In this document: positions 18,121-29,336 of the stretch, one piece after another | Numbering within the stretch: position 1 is the stretch's first letter | How the letters are laid out: each line of letters begins with the position of its first letter | Assembly (NCBI GenBank): GCA_039817415.1 | Contig: JBCBVV010000006.1 | Location: 19,065 to 83,064 of the forward strand | Reading direction: 5' to 3' | Source of the DNA: Bacteroidota bacterium | GTDB lineage: Bacteria; Bacteroidota; Bacteroidia; J057 | DNA: 64,000 nucleotides | Program-made: the position numbers and the translations under genes | Notes under the pieces: generated by a model | Databases searched by the model: none | The model's input: only the letters and a program-made list of their open reading frames with translations | Told to the model about the DNA's origin: nothing

Positions 18121-19743
18121 ATGTCAGGAAGCATATTCTACATAGGATTATTTTTATTGGTATACATCAGTTTCTCCATCGGATTGTACAAACTATTCGA
18201 GAAGGCAGGTGAAGCAGGATGGAAAGCGTTGGTACCCGTCTACAATTGGTGGGTTTGGTTGAAGCTGATCAACAAGCCCTCCTGGTGGATTGTCCTGACA
18301 TTGATTCCGATTGTAAACGTCTTGGTTATTGTGGCCATGGTCATTGACTTGGCCAGGGCCTATGGGAAACATAAGCTCTACCAACAAGCTGGTGCCTTGC
18401 TCTTGCCATTCATCTTCTTTCCCAAGAATGGTTTCGATCCCAACGTCAAGTACCTTGGCCCTCCTGATGAGCAGGAGAACCTTCCAAAAAAATCAGGAGC
18501 CAGAGAATGGGGAGATGCCATTTTATTTGCTGGGGTGGCAGCTTTGATCATCCGAACCTTCTTCATTGAAGCATTCATGATCCCTACTTCCTCTATGGAA
18601 AGAACATTGTTGGCGGGAGACTTCCTATTCGTTAGTAAATTCCATTATGGGGCACGTATGCCACGCGTACCGCTGGCCATTCCCTTTGTGCACAATAAAA
18701 TCAAAGTTGGAGATGTAACCATTCCATCTTACACAGATATTATCACCCTTCCCTATTATCGTACACCTGGCCTCACAAAAGTTCAGCGTAATGATATTGT
18801 GGTCTTCAATTATCCTGCACAAGATCAGGAGATGTGGAAGCTCAAAGACGGATTGGGAACCGTCAAAACCTCCAGCATGAAGGAAAACTACATCAAGCGC
18901 TGTGTAGGCATGCCAGGAGATGAGCTAGAAATCAAGGCGGGAGTTCTCTACATCAACAAAGAAAAAGCCTACGAACCGCCTAATTTGCAGAAAGAATTCC
19001 AGGTGAAGATCAAAGCCGGAATGACTTTCGCCTCTTCAGAAAAAGGGAAGAGATTCCGCGATGAAAGCGGTGAACTGATCCAGCTAATCGAATGGTCATT
19101 CCCCAAAATGAATGAACTTGGTTTCCGTAAGCTTGTCCTTCCAGCCAAGAGAGAGCATTGGGAACGCTATGGTCTTCAATTCTCTCCTAACTACAACTGG
19201 GCTTTGTTTGATACCCAAGGAGGGGTTTATACTCTCTTCATGACCGATTCCATCGCAGATGTTATTCGAAGTATGGACATGGTGGCGAAAGTAGTAGAAA
19301 CAACCGAGGAAAAGGGGTCGTGGAAAAATGTTAGCTCTGCTAGACCGCCCTACCCACAGAAGTTCAATTCCAACGGCCGTACAGCCAAATACAATGTTGA
19401 CTTTTTTGGTCCGATTGTGATTCCACAAAAGGGCATGACCGTTAATCTGAATAATCCTAAGAATCTTTCTTTGTATTGGAGAGTGATTTCTGCCTACGAA
19501 GGCAAAGATATTGTCGCCAAAAAAGATGGAATCAGGATCAATGGAGAAAAGGTTGATTCCTATACCTTCGAAATGGATTATTACTGGATGATGGGAGACA
19601 ACAGACACAATTCAGAGGATAGCCGCTTCTGGGGATTTGTTCCTGAAGACCATATCGTAGGAAAGCCTCTCTTTGTCTTCATGAGTATGGAAAGCGATTT
19701 TGGTATTCGATTCAATAGAATTGGAACCAAATATGTAAAATAA
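18121..19743 (+). CDS. lepB: Signal peptidase I (long Bacteroidota form with an N-terminal membrane domain)
   Basis: Ser box IPTSSMERTLLAGDFLFVSK, Lys box YIKRCVGMPGD, and GDNRHNSEDSRFWGFVP are all present. Confidence 0.9.
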   Translation: MSGSIFYIGLFLLVYISFSIGLYKLFEKAGEAGWKALVPVYNWWVWLKLINKPSWWIVLTLIPIVNVLVIVAMVIDLARAYGKHKLYQQAGALLLPFIFFPKNGFDPNVKYLGPPDEQENLPKKSGAREWGDAILFAGVAALIIRTFFIEAFMIPTSSMERTLLAGDFLFVSKFHYGARMPRVPLAIPFVHNKIKVGDVTIPSYTDIITLPYYRTPGLTKVQRNDIVVFNYPAQDQEMWKLKDGLGTVKTSSMKENYIKRCVGMPGDELEIKAGVLYINKEKAYEPPNLQKEFQVKIKAGMTFASSEKGKRFRDESGELIQLIEWSFPKMNELGFRKLVLPAKREHWERYGLQFSPNYNWALFDTQGGVYTLFMTDSIADVIRSMDMVAKVVETTEEKGSWKNVSSARPPYPQKFNSNGRTAKYNVDFFGPIVIPQKGMTVNLNNPKNLSLYWRVISAYEGKDIVAKKDGIRINGEKVDSYTFEMDYYWMMGDNRHNSEDSRFWGFVPEDHIVGKPLFVFMSMESDFGIRFNRIGTKYVK

Positions 19744-19761
19744 ACTGTCACACAATGGCAT

Positions 19762-19796
19762 AAGAGCATGTCTCACTGAGGTATGCTCTTTTTTTA
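19762..19796 (+). terminator. Intrinsic terminator after lepB
   Basis: AAGAGCAT...ATGCTCTT stem followed by a T-run. Confidence 0.7.
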
Positions 19797-19810
19797 TGTG
19801 AATAATAAAT

Positions 19811-20152
19811 ATGGCAACAAGGACCTGGTACGATGTAGAGAAGCATTTGATAAGTCAATTTGGGAAACAGCTCAAATTAGAAGCGATTCTTTTGCTGATA
19901 GGAATGCGGGAGCTGGGTGAGGGGCCCAGAAGGGAGTTTACCAAGGAAGAGAAGGTGGACTTGATGCATATTGCCATTTGCAGGCTTCTTTCGCAGTCAG
20001 GCTATTACAGGCTCAGCCATTTGGATCAAGATGGATGGCCCCATTGGGAATCACTCAAGCCACTGCCACATCAGGATATGTTTTCTCAGGAGTTTCTGCT
20101 ACGTGAGCATATCCTAGAATATTTCATCCAGGAAAATCTCTTCGAAGACTAG
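19811..20152 (+). CDS. Hypothetical protein
   Basis: A 113-aa ORF with an ATG start and no recognisable motif. Confidence 0.5.
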   Translation: MATRTWYDVEKHLISQFGKQLKLEAILLLIGMRELGEGPRREFTKEEKVDLMHIAICRLLSQSGYYRLSHLDQDGWPHWESLKPLPHQDMFSQEFLLREHILEYFIQENLFED

Positions 20153-20190
20153 TCTGAAGCAGGATTTTGATTCTATTGTAGGCAAATGGC

Positions 20191-21081
20191 CTATCTTTTC
20201 TGGGCAGATTTAAACCTCAGAAAGATTCCCATAGGCATTTTTCTACCTGAAGGCTCAGGCAAAAATAATTCTCCTGTTTCGGCAAATTTGGTAGCCTTTT
20301 CTCCAAAGTGCGTGTGAACCAAGTTGTATAAGACCAAAGGAGAATATCCTAATGAGTAGCTGTTGAAGACTAGAAAGTAGCGTTCATTGTCTAAGATTCT
20401 CGCTACATTTTCAGTCAACTCATTGATCATATCATCCAACTTCCATTTTTCTCCCTTCGGACCGTGTCCGTAAGAAGGTGGATCAAGTATGATCCCCTGG
20501 TATTTGTTGCCTCTTCTAGCCTCCCTTTTGACAAACTTAAAGGCATCTTCCAGCAACCATTTGATATCGCTTAACTTACTGGCCTGCATATTGGCATTGG
20601 CCCAGTTAAGGACATTCTTGATAGAGTCACAATGAGTTACCTCTGCTCCGGCTGCCTTGGCAGCAAGAGAGGCTCCTCCTGTATAAGCAAATAGGTTAAG
20701 GACCCTAGGTTGCGGTCCTTTCATCCCTTTGATCGTATCGTAAATATAGTTCCAATTAACCGCCTGCTCAGGGAAGATACCGACATGCTTAAAGCCTGTC
20801 AGTCCCAAACGAAACTGAAGGGCCATTCCCTTATACTTATAATGGATGTACCATTGGTCGGCTACTTTTCCCTTGCGGTTCCATTTTCCAGAATGGCTAC
20901 CTTCTTGGATAAAATGGGCATCCGTACGACGAACCCATTCTTCCTCAGGAAGAGACTTACTCCACACCGCCTGCGGCTCAGGACGGCGTGTGATGACCTT
21001 TCCGAAGCGTTCCAGTTTTTCCCCATCGCCGGAGTCTAAAAATTGGTATTCCTTCCAGTCTATGGGATTGAGGAGTTTCAT
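20191..21081 (-). CDS. Class I SAM-dependent methyltransferase (RlmI/RlmK-like)
   Basis: The SAM motif I is VLNLFAYTGGASLAAKAAGAEVTHCDS. A later IILDPPSYG is the DPP(F/Y) motif of rRNA/DNA base methyltransferases. Confidence 0.75.
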   Translation of the reverse strand: MKLLNPIDWKEYQFLDSGDGEKLERFGKVITRRPEPQAVWSKSLPEEEWVRRTDAHFIQEGSHSGKWNRKGKVADQWYIHYKYKGMALQFRLGLTGFKHVGIFPEQAVNWNYIYDTIKGMKGPQPRVLNLFAYTGGASLAAKAAGAEVTHCDSIKNVLNWANANMQASKLSDIKWLLEDAFKFVKREARRGNKYQGIILDPPSYGHGPKGEKWKLDDMINELTENVARILDNERYFLVFNSYSLGYSPLVLYNLVHTHFGEKATKFAETGELFLPEPSGRKMPMGIFLRFKSAQKR

Positions 21082-21111
21082 TTTCTTAATATTGGGATTG
21101 AGCCATGGTGA

Positions 21112-22428
21112 TTAATCAACAACTCGACGGACAAACCATCTTTCATTGAGGTTGAATCCTAATCTGATATGCCCATAATATTCTTCGACGGGTAAGCCAG
21201 AAGCAAGGCTTCCTCTTCTCCCCAATACAAAGCTCATGTTGATTCGAGAGGTTGAACGTCCACGGTTGAAACGGCTATTTCCTTTTCTTCCTGCAGGCAA
21301 ACCAAATCCAAAGGTAACCCCATAGTCGTTTAGGGTAACATCCTCAAAGTTGATGTAAGTCTGTTTGTAGAAAGCGCCAAAGCGAATGGCCACACGCTCC
21401 CAGTACTTGAAACCAGCAAAGTTGGGGATCCATTCTCCACCTAGCCCTACACGCCATTCTGGTCCAAGGCTAACCGTATCTGTAAAGTATCTCAATTGGC
21501 TCCAATCCTGATAGGTGAAGTCAGCACCGTAGGACCATTTGCCTATCTGATGAACCATGAAGCCAGCCCCTATTTTTAAGGGTACCTGAATGTCTCCTAC
21601 CTCTAGGGAACGCACAGTATCTGTAGAGGTACCCGATGTATTCCCTAAGCCAAGGTATCTATCTCCATTTAGGTTGAGGGAATAGTCGGCATTTAAACCA
21701 ATTCTGTAGTACCTCCCTTTTGTTCTGTCGAGTGTATCTACCCACATCAGACCTGCCTGACCGGAAAAACCCTTGATGTATACATCTCTAACGATCGTCA
21801 AAGGATCAGATCCAGAAAGCAGAGAAGAATCAGACTCTAATAGGGCATAATTCCATTTGTATAAGGTATTGCCGAATAGGTACCTACCTGTTACCCCTAG
21901 CCTTAACCTTTTTTGAGCCATTTTGAAAGCTGCTCCTAGGAATACCTGGTTCAAGCCCCCTTCTCCTTCGATATTCACTCGCTGAATATAGGAAGTTGTG
22001 TCTCCTTTGACAGGCTGGAAAGTGGTGTTTTCGCTAATATCATAGCCTACAGAGCTATAAGGAGCAAAACCAAAGGCAACCACCGGTCCTTTATTGCTGG
22101 GAAAAGCAAAGGATAAGTTTTGAAAGCCTGCCGTAAAGGGATTTCGGGCGCCATTTTCAGTTCGAAAACTGTTGAATTGACCGAAAGCAGAGATATCGAG
22201 TGTTGTATATACGATATCAGCCAAAGAGGCTGGATTAACCTGATTGATGGAGAAGAAATTATCGGTGGCAACACCAATTCCTCCCATGCCTACGTTACGC
22301 GCGGAGGCAAAGTCCCTGATTTCTCCAATGGCATATCTGGAGTACGGACTTAAGGTTAGCTGCTGTGCCTGGAGGTTACCCAAAAAGAGGGCTCCCAATA
22401 TCAGAATAAAAATGCTCTTAGAACTCAT
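21112..22428 (-). CDS. Outer-membrane beta-barrel protein (uncharacterised)
   Basis: The signal peptide is MSSKSIFILILGALFLGNLQAQ. The rest shows an alternating aromatic/Gly-rich beta-strand pattern throughout. Confidence 0.6.
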   Translation of the reverse strand: MSSKSIFILILGALFLGNLQAQQLTLSPYSRYAIGEIRDFASARNVGMGGIGVATDNFFSINQVNPASLADIVYTTLDISAFGQFNSFRTENGARNPFTAGFQNLSFAFPSNKGPVVAFGFAPYSSVGYDISENTTFQPVKGDTTSYIQRVNIEGEGGLNQVFLGAAFKMAQKRLRLGVTGRYLFGNTLYKWNYALLESDSSLLSGSDPLTIVRDVYIKGFSGQAGLMWVDTLDRTKGRYYRIGLNADYSLNLNGDRYLGLGNTSGTSTDTVRSLEVGDIQVPLKIGAGFMVHQIGKWSYGADFTYQDWSQLRYFTDTVSLGPEWRVGLGGEWIPNFAGFKYWERVAIRFGAFYKQTYINFEDVTLNDYGVTFGFGLPAGRKGNSRFNRGRSTSRINMSFVLGRRGSLASGLPVEEYYGHIRLGFNLNERWFVRRVVD

Positions 22429-23201
22429 GTAAGTTTGAGATGAGAGAGTATACGATAAATCCCAAAGTGAATGAGATTTGAGGATGCAAAATTGATGTTT
22501 TTCAACCGCTTTTCAAAGAAAGCTGCGTCTCCACCTGTGAGGAAGACGAAGAATTCTCCATTTTGCTGGTTTTCATACTGTTGGATGATCCCATTGACCT
22601 CTGCCAAAACGCCATTTTGAACGCCTGAGCGAATGCTCGCTGCTGTACTTTGTCCCACAAGAGGTAAATCCTCACTTGCTTCGATTAAAGGCAGTCGAGC
22701 TGTAAATTCGTGTAGGGCTCTAAACCGCATAGACATACCCGGTGCTATCCCCCCACCTTGATATTGACTGAGGGCATTGGCATAGTCATAGGTAATGGCT
22801 GTTCCTGCATCGATAACAAGGACTGCTCCCTGTTTGATCAAGCTTTGCGCACCTATGACTGCCACAATGCGATCCGCACCTAGTGTATGGGGAGTGGCAT
22901 ACAGATTCTCTATGGGAAAATCCGTCTGATGGTTTATGGGAAGAAGGCTAATCTGAGGATATGCTTTCCAGCAAACCAAAGTAGAAATATCCAATTGCTC
23001 ATTCACATTGATCCATGAACAAGCTTTCAAGCTATTTCCATGTTGATTCAAAATAGCAGCAATGTGCTCTTCAAGCTGTTCAAGCGTACAAGTTTGAACT
23101 TCCAGAACTTTCCCCTTTTCCATAAGTGCAAGCTTGGTTAGCGTATTGCCTATGTCAATGGAAAGCACATTAGGTGCTACATGTTTTTTCCTCAAATTCA
23201 T
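22425..23201 (-). CDS. coaX: Type III pantothenate kinase
   Basis: The motifs LSIDIGNTLTKLAL, GADRIVAV and VIDAGTAITYD are ASKHA-fold CoaX motifs. Confidence 0.9.
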   Translation of the reverse strand: MNLRKKHVAPNVLSIDIGNTLTKLALMEKGKVLEVQTCTLEQLEEHIAAILNQHGNSLKACSWINVNEQLDISTLVCWKAYPQISLLPINHQTDFPIENLYATPHTLGADRIVAVIGAQSLIKQGAVLVIDAGTAITYDYANALSQYQGGGIAPGMSMRFRALHEFTARLPLIEASEDLPLVGQSTAASIRSGVQNGVLAEVNGIIQQYENQQNGEFFVFLTGGDAAFFEKRLKNINFASSNLIHFGIYRILSHLKLT

Positions 23202-23235
23202 GAACAGAGAGGGTATTTTAAGATCAAAGGTTGCA

Positions 23236-23991
23236 TTAATTCGGAATCATCCACTTGACTTCTTTTATATCGAAATATTTGAGCACGCCGTCTATCACCA
23301 GGGCGACTCTTCCATCAAGTCCCACTCCTACAGGCATCACGGTCATCCCTTCACCCTCAATTTCCACCTCTACTTCCTCCTGATAGCCATAAAGCTGCTG
23401 TAGGTAAAACCTATCAAGGGAGGAAGCCTTAGCTTGTTTCAGCTCTTCATAGCGTGCTTCAAGGGAGTCCATCATGCGCTGTAATACATCTCCTATGTCA
23501 ATTTTTTTACCCTGTAACAGGGCCAAAGAAGTGGCTTTGGTGGTAAGCTCCTCAGGGAAGTCAGCTTGATTGACATTCAAGCCAATTCCAATTACAGACG
23601 AGCGAAGATGCTTTCCTTCAAACTGATTTTCAAGGAGTATACCCGCTATTTTCTTTTTGTTAACGAGCAAATCATTGGGCCATTTGATCAGAATCTCCTC
23701 CTTTGGAAGAAAATGTCTTAAGCAATCGTACAGGGCAACAGCCGTCATTTTGCTCAGCTGAAATACCCGATTGATAGGTAGAAAAGTGGGATAATAAATC
23801 ACACTAAAAATGAGATTTTCATGAGCCTGGGATTCCCACCTACTTCCTTTTTGACCTCGTCCGGCAGATTGATAGCCCGCTTGAATCAAACTTCCTTCAG
23901 GAGGCTGCTCAAGCAGCAGTTCAGTAGCGTAGGAGTTGGTGGAAGGAAGTTCCTCGAAGTAATAGATTTGTTTGCCTGTGTAGTTTGCCAA
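23236..23991 (-). CDS. birA: Biotin--[acetyl-CoA-carboxylase] ligase
   Basis: Motifs GYQSAGRGQKGSRWES, KWPNDLLVNKKKIAGILLE and IGIGLNVNQ are present. The start appears to be a TTG. Confidence 0.88.
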   Translation of the reverse strand: MANYTGKQIYYFEELPSTNSYATELLLEQPPEGSLIQAGYQSAGRGQKGSRWESQAHENLIFSVIYYPTFLPINRVFQLSKMTAVALYDCLRHFLPKEEILIKWPNDLLVNKKKIAGILLENQFEGKHLRSSVIGIGLNVNQADFPEELTTKATSLALLQGKKIDIGDVLQRMMDSLEARYEELKQAKASSLDRFYLQQLYGYQEEVEVEIEGEGMTVMPVGVGLDGRVALVIDGVLKYFDIKEVKWMIPN

Positions 23992-24397
23992 GTTGGGGTG
24001 GGTTTATACATACTTAGATTGTACAGTCTCTATCTCCCATACCATCATTTTATCGGCAAAGGTTCATACCAAGACAATCAACAATACAAAGATAAAAAAA
24101 ATGAAGCTTAGTACAGTCAACTAAATGCCTTCTACCATAACAGAAAACGCTGACAATAAGGACATAAAGAAAGCCTAATAGATCCATGTAGGAAGGTCTA
24201 TTTCCAATTTCCTAGCAAACCACAGTTCAAAAAAGGACAGCCTAAAAAATGGAAGTAGACATATGAGCAAAATCAAATGGTGGTTATGCGAGCGTATTTC
24301 ATCTACCCATTCTTTGCTTGCAAACAGCCTTAAAAGAATGAGACCTAGTCCCCTAAGGATATACTAGCCAATTAAGGGCTTTTTTATGCTTATTGGC

Positions 24398-24820
24398 TTA
24401 ATGTGAATACCCGCGGTCATATCTTTTTCCTACTATCCACATAGACCATAGATGCATAATAATTCCCAAGGTGAAGGAGATCATCAGAAGGATTTGAGTT
24501 GTGCCATTTTCGAGTAGAATCATCCCGAGCAATACCATGATAGCTGCAAAGAAGGCAAATAACATTCTGGCTCCATTGCCCAAGCCAGCCTTTTGCCCTA
24601 AATAAAAGAGCATGAAAGAGTTTAATATGAGAAAGGGGAGAAGAAAAGCTTTGGAGAGGGGATAGGATGTCATAAAGAGCATGGAAAAAACCTTTAGTTG
24701 CCCATCCTCTTTTGCCTCTTCCAGAAAGGAGTGGATCCATCCCATTCGGAGCAACCAAAGCAGAATAAGCACATTGGTCACACTAACTACAAAGAAAAGG
24801 GTGAGTTGGAAATTTTTCAT
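24398..24820 (-). CDS. Small integral membrane protein (hypothetical)
   Basis: A 140-aa protein with about 4 hydrophobic helices. Confidence 0.5.
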   Translation of the reverse strand: MKNFQLTLFFVVSVTNVLILLWLLRMGWIHSFLEEAKEDGQLKVFSMLFMTSYPLSKAFLLPFLILNSFMLFYLGQKAGLGNGARMLFAFFAAIMVLLGMILLENGTTQILLMISFTLGIIMHLWSMWIVGKRYDRGYSH

Positions 24821-24884
24821 GAGAAAAAGGGCTTAGGAAAAAGGTCAGTTTATAGATGCTTATCGAGCATACACAAAGCTATGC

Positions 24885-24918
24885 AAAATAAAAAGGGATG
24901 CCTTTATCAGGCATCCCT
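24885..24918 (-). terminator. Intrinsic terminator after rpoC
   Basis: AGGGATGCC-N7-GGCATCCCT stem, with a T-run on the minus strand. Confidence 0.75.
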
Positions 24919-24943
24919 CTATTCAGATAATTTCTGTTGTCAA

Positions 24944-27900
24944 TTATTCAGCGATCATTTCGCGATCTCTTCTACGGGACTCACGCTGCCTAGACTCCTG
25001 CATATCGCCTACAAGAATATCCTGGTAGCGACGCAGACCTGTACCTGCTGGAATCAGGTGTCCTACGATAACGTTCTCCTTTAGACCGATTAGATCGTCT
25101 GTCTTCGCGCTGATAGCGGCTTCTGACAGCACCTTGGTTGTCTCCTGGAAAGATGCAGCGGATAGCCAAGACTTCGTACCAAGAGAAGCTCTGGTAATAC
25201 CCATCAATACAGGCTGACATACTGCAGGTCTTGCCTGACGAGCAACAACCAGCTCCTTATCCTGACGACGTAGCAGAGAGTTTTCATCTCTCAATCCACG
25301 CTGAGACACAATCTGTCCGGGACGTAGGTTTTCAGATCCACCAGCAGTATCAACTACTAGTTTGTCGTAGATCCAGTCATTTTCTTCCTGGAAGTCTAGT
25401 TTCATCACGACCTCTTTCTCTAGGAAAATGGTATCACCAGCATCCACGATTTCTACCTTCTGCATCATCTGGCGTACGATTACCTCAACGTGCTTGTCGT
25501 TGATCGGTACACCCTGCATACGATATACTTCCTGAATCTCATTTACGATATAGGACTGTACAGCAGATGGTCCTTTGATGGCCAAAATCTCACGAGGAGC
25601 AATGGCTCCATCAGACAGCATCTCACCAGACATTACATAGTCCCCGTCAAACACAAGGATGTGCTTAGACAATGGCACTAGGTATCTCTTTTCGTCAGAG
25701 TTATCTGGCGCTGTAATGAAGACCTCACGGTTACCACGCTTGATTCCTCCCAGTCTAACGGTACCCTCAATAGCGGTTACTGTAGCAGGGTTCGATGGGT
25801 TACGTGCCTCAAATAGCTCTGTAACTCGCGGAAGACCACCGGTAATGTCGGCAGTTCCACCACCAGAACGAGGAATCTTAACCAGCGTCTGACCAGCTTC
25901 CAATTTCTCACCATCTTCTACCATCAAGTGGGCACCCACAGGAAGGTTGTATGAGCGCAGCTCATTTCCATCCTTATCGTGAATCAAGATAGTTGGGTTT
26001 ACCGTACGATCACGACTATCGATGATAATCTTCTCACGGAAACCTGTATTGTCGTCCACATCCTCAAGGAATGTAGCCCCTTCTTTTACGTCTACTAGAA
26101 CAGCCTTACCATTATACTCAGATACAATCACAGAGTTGTAAGGGTCCCAGTTACAGATCATCGTACCAGCTTCAATGTTCTGCTTGTTTTTCACCTTCAG
26201 GTGAGAACCATAAGGAACTTTGTTCTGGAACAGGATACGCTCCTGATCGTCGATGATTTTCACTTTACCGGCACGCGAGATAACAACGTTTACTTTCTCA
26301 TCTCCTTCTTCACGCTTGGCAATCTTAACATCCTCAAGAATTACTTTTCCAGAGAACTTAGCCAACAACTGAGAAGCAGAAGCAATACGCTGAGCTACAC
26401 CACCAATGTGGAAAGTACGAAGAGTCAGCTGTGTACCTGGCTCACCAATAGACTGAGCAGCAATTACACCTACTGCCTCACCAGTCTGTACAAGTTTACC
26501 ATTCGCCAGGTTACGTCCGTAACACTTGGCACATGCTCCTCGCTTAGACTCACAAGTCAGCACTGAACGAATCTCAACTTCCTCAATCGTAGATTTTTCA
26601 ATATTACGAGCGATTTCTTCGTCGATCATCTCACCAGCACCTACCAGTAGTTTCCCTTCTTCCAGTGGATCGAATACGTCATTTAGAGACACACGGCCTA
26701 ATAGACGCTCTCCCAATGGCTGAATCACATCTTCGTTTTCCTTCAGAGCAGATGTTCTGATACCTCTTAGGGTACCACAATCTAGCTCTGTAATGATCAC
26801 ATCCTGAGCCACATCTACCAGACGACGAGTCAGGTAACCGGCGTCAGCTGTTTTAAGAGCCGTATCTGCCAGACCTTTACGTGCACCGTGAGTAGAAATA
26901 AAGTACTCAAGGACAGAAAGACCTTCACGGAAGTTAGAGAGAATCGGGTTTTCAATGATGTTACCGGAAGAGCCCTTCATGGACTTCTGCGGCTTAGCCA
27001 TCAACCCTCTCATTCCACCTAACTGACGAATTTGCTGCTTAGAACCACGAGCACCGGAGTGCATCATCATGTAGATGTTGTTGAATCCATCTTTGTCGTT
27101 CTCAAGCTGATTCATCAAAGTGTCTGTCAACTTAGAGTTGGTCGTTGTCCAGATATCAATTACCTGGTTATAACGTTCCGTCTCTGTGATCAGACCCATG
27201 TTATAGTTCATCCAAACCTCTTCGATTTGCTCTTTAGCTTCATCGATCAGGTCATCTTTTTCTTTAGGTACAATTACCTCATCCAAGCCGAATGAAAGAC
27301 CACCTACGAATGCCTCACGGAATCCCATGTCTTTCAAGTCGTCCAAGAAGTTTACAGTTTTCACAAGCCCTACCTTGTTGAAGATCTGCGCAATTACCTT
27401 ACGCATCGTCTTCTTCGAAAGGAGGATGTTCACAAAACCAGCTCCTTCAGGAACGATGTTGTTGAACAATACTCTACCTACAGTTGTCTCGTAGAAAATC
27501 TTCTTAGGCTTACCTTCTTCATCCAGAATATGCGCACCTGTAATCGGGTCGAAATCGAAATGTCTCACCTTGATAAAGGCGTGCTTGGCTACTACCCCTT
27601 CGTTGAATGCAATTTCAACTTCTTCAGGGCTACCAAATACCAGACCTTCACCTTTCTGTCCAGGACGTCCTTTGGTCAGGTAGTATACACCCAATACCAT
27701 GTCCTGTGTAGGCAGGGTAATAGGCGCTCCATTTGCGGGGTGAAGAATGTTGTGAGAAGCTAGCATCAACACCATGGCTTCTAAACATGCTTCGTTTGAC
27801 AACGGTACGTGTACCGCCATCTGGTCTCCATCAAAGTCGGCGTTGAAACCTGTACATACCAATGGGTGAAGGCGAATGGCCTTACCTTCTACAAGGCGTG

Positions 27901-29257
27901 GCATAAAGGCCTGAATACCCAGACGGTGAAGAGTCGGAGCACGGTTGAGCATCACAGGATGGCCTTTCAGTACATTCTCAAGAATGTCCCAAATAACAGG
28001 ATCCCTACGGTCAACCAGTTTCTTTGCGCTTTTTACTGTTTTTACAATTCCTCTTTCGATCAACTTACGGATCACAAAAGGCTTAAACAGCTCCGCTGCC
28101 ATGTTTTTGGGAAGACCACACTCATGTAGCTTCAGCGTTGGACCTACTACGATCACCGAACGACCAGAGTAGTCAACACGCTTACCCAAAAGGTTCTGAC
28201 GGAAACGACCCTGCTTACCTTTCAGCATGTCTGAAAGAGATTTCAGGGCTCTGTTAGAGTCAGAGCGAACAGCGTTTACTTTTCTTGTATTGTCAAAGAG
28301 AGAGTCAACTGCCTCCTGTAGCATTCGCTTCTCGTTACGAAGGATTACTTCAGGTGCTTTGATCTCAATCAGACGCTTTAGACGATTGTTACGAATGATT
28401 ACACGACGGTATAGATCATTCAAGTCAGAAGTTGCAAATCGACCTCCTTCTAGAGGAACGAGTGGTCGCAATTCTGGTGGAATTACCGGTACGATGCGTA
28501 CAACCATCCATTCAGGGCGGTTCTCAATACGGCGGTTAGCTCCACGGAATGCTTCTACTACTTTCAGACGCTTTAGTGCTTCATTTTTACGCTGCTGAGA
28601 TGTTTCCGTAGCAGCTTTCTGACGAAGACCGTATGACAATTCATCTAGATCGATGGTACCAAGAAGAGCCTCAAGTGCATCTGCCCCCATTTTGGCTGAA
28701 AACTTGTTGGGATCTTCATCTGGAAGCATCTGGTTTTCCTTTGGAAGAGTCTCCAGAATGTTCAGGTATTCCTCCTCAGTCAAGAAGTCCATACGCTGGA
28801 TTCCCTCTGCCTCCATCACACCAGGATGAATAACTACGTAGCGCTCGTAATAAATAATTTGATCAAGTTTCTTGGACGTCAGCCCAAGAAGGTATCCAAT
28901 TTTACTAGGTAGGGTACGGAAGTACCAAATGTGAGCAACAGGAACGACCAACTGAATGTGTCCCATTCTCTCACGACGTACCTTTTTCTCTGTAACTTCT
29001 ACACCACAACGGTCACAGATAATGCCCTTGTAACGAATTCTTTTGTACTTACCGCAATGACATTCGTAGTCTTTTACGGGGCCAAAGATACGCTCACAAA
29101 AAAGTCCGTCCTTTTCCGGCTTGTAGGTACGGTAGTTAATTGTTTCAGGCTTTAGAACCTCTCCGTGGGATCGGTTCAGAATTGCTTCAGGTGAAGCCAA
29201 GCTTACGGTGATCCTGTTGAAATCGCTCGTAATCTTAGTGTTCTTTGCAATAGGCAT
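24944..29257 (-). CDS. rpoC: DNA-directed RNA polymerase subunit beta'
   Basis: A 1437-aa protein with the NADFDGDQM catalytic motif and the zinc site [23 protein letters not shown]. Confidence 0.99.
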   Translation of the reverse strand: MPIAKNTKITSDFNRITVSLASPEAILNRSHGEVLKPETINYRTYKPEKDGLFCERIFGPVKDYECHCGKYKRIRYKGIICDRCGVEVTEKKVRRERMGHIQLVVPVAHIWYFRTLPSKIGYLLGLTSKKLDQIIYYERYVVIHPGVMEAEGIQRMDFLTEEEYLNILETLPKENQMLPDEDPNKFSAKMGADALEALLGTIDLDELSYGLRQKAATETSQQRKNEALKRLKVVEAFRGANRRIENRPEWMVVRIVPVIPPELRPLVPLEGGRFATSDLNDLYRRVIIRNNRLKRLIEIKAPEVILRNEKRMLQEAVDSLFDNTRKVNAVRSDSNRALKSLSDMLKGKQGRFRQNLLGKRVDYSGRSVIVVGPTLKLHECGLPKNMAAELFKPFVIRKLIERGIVKTVKSAKKLVDRRDPVIWDILENVLKGHPVMLNRAPTLHRLGIQAFMPRLVEGKAIRLHPLVCTGFNADFDGDQMAVHVPLSNEACLEAMVLMLASHNILHPANGAPITLPTQDMVLGVYYLTKGRPGQKGEGLVFGSPEEVEIAFNEGVVAKHAFIKVRHFDFDPITGAHILDEEGKPKKIFYETTVGRVLFNNIVPEGAGFVNILLSKKTMRKVIAQIFNKVGLVKTVNFLDDLKDMGFREAFVGGLSFGLDEVIVPKEKDDLIDEAKEQIEEVWMNYNMGLITETERYNQVIDIWTTTNSKLTDTLMNQLENDKDGFNNIYMMMHSGARGSKQQIRQLGGMRGLMAKPQKSMKGSSGNIIENPILSNFREGLSVLEYFISTHGARKGLADTALKTADAGYLTRRLVDVAQDVIITELDCGTLRGIRTSALKENEDVIQPLGERLLGRVSLNDVFDPLEEGKLLVGAGEMIDEEIARNIEKSTIEEVEIRSVLTCESKRGACAKCYGRNLANGKLVQTGEAVGVIAAQSIGEPGTQLTLRTFHIGGVAQRIASASQLLAKFSGKVILEDVKIAKREEGDEKVNVVISRAGKVKIIDDQERILFQNKVPYGSHLKVKNKQNIEAGTMICNWDPYNSVIVSEYNGKAVLVDVKEGATFLEDVDDNTGFREKIIIDSRDRTVNPTILIHDKDGNELRSYNLPVGAHLMVEDGEKLEAGQTLVKIPRSGGGTADITGGLPRVTELFEARNPSNPATVTAIEGTVRLGGIKRGNREVFITAPDNSDEKRYLVPLSKHILVFDGDYVMSGEMLSDGAIAPREILAIKGPSAVQSYIVNEIQEVYRMQGVPINDKHVEVIVRQMMQKVEIVDAGDTIFLEKEVVMKLDFQEENDWIYDKLVVDTAGGSENLRPGQIVSQRGLRDENSLLRRQDKELVVARQARPAVCQPVLMGITRASLGTKSWLSAASFQETTKVLSEAAISAKTDDLIGLKENVIVGHLIPAGTGLRRYQDILVGDMQESRQRESRRRDREMIAE

Positions 29258-29336
29258 GCTTTACCTCCAATGTTTAAAGTCCTTACGTAAGGTATATAAG
29301 TGCCCCGCCTGATATACAGGCAGGGGAGGTTATCAA

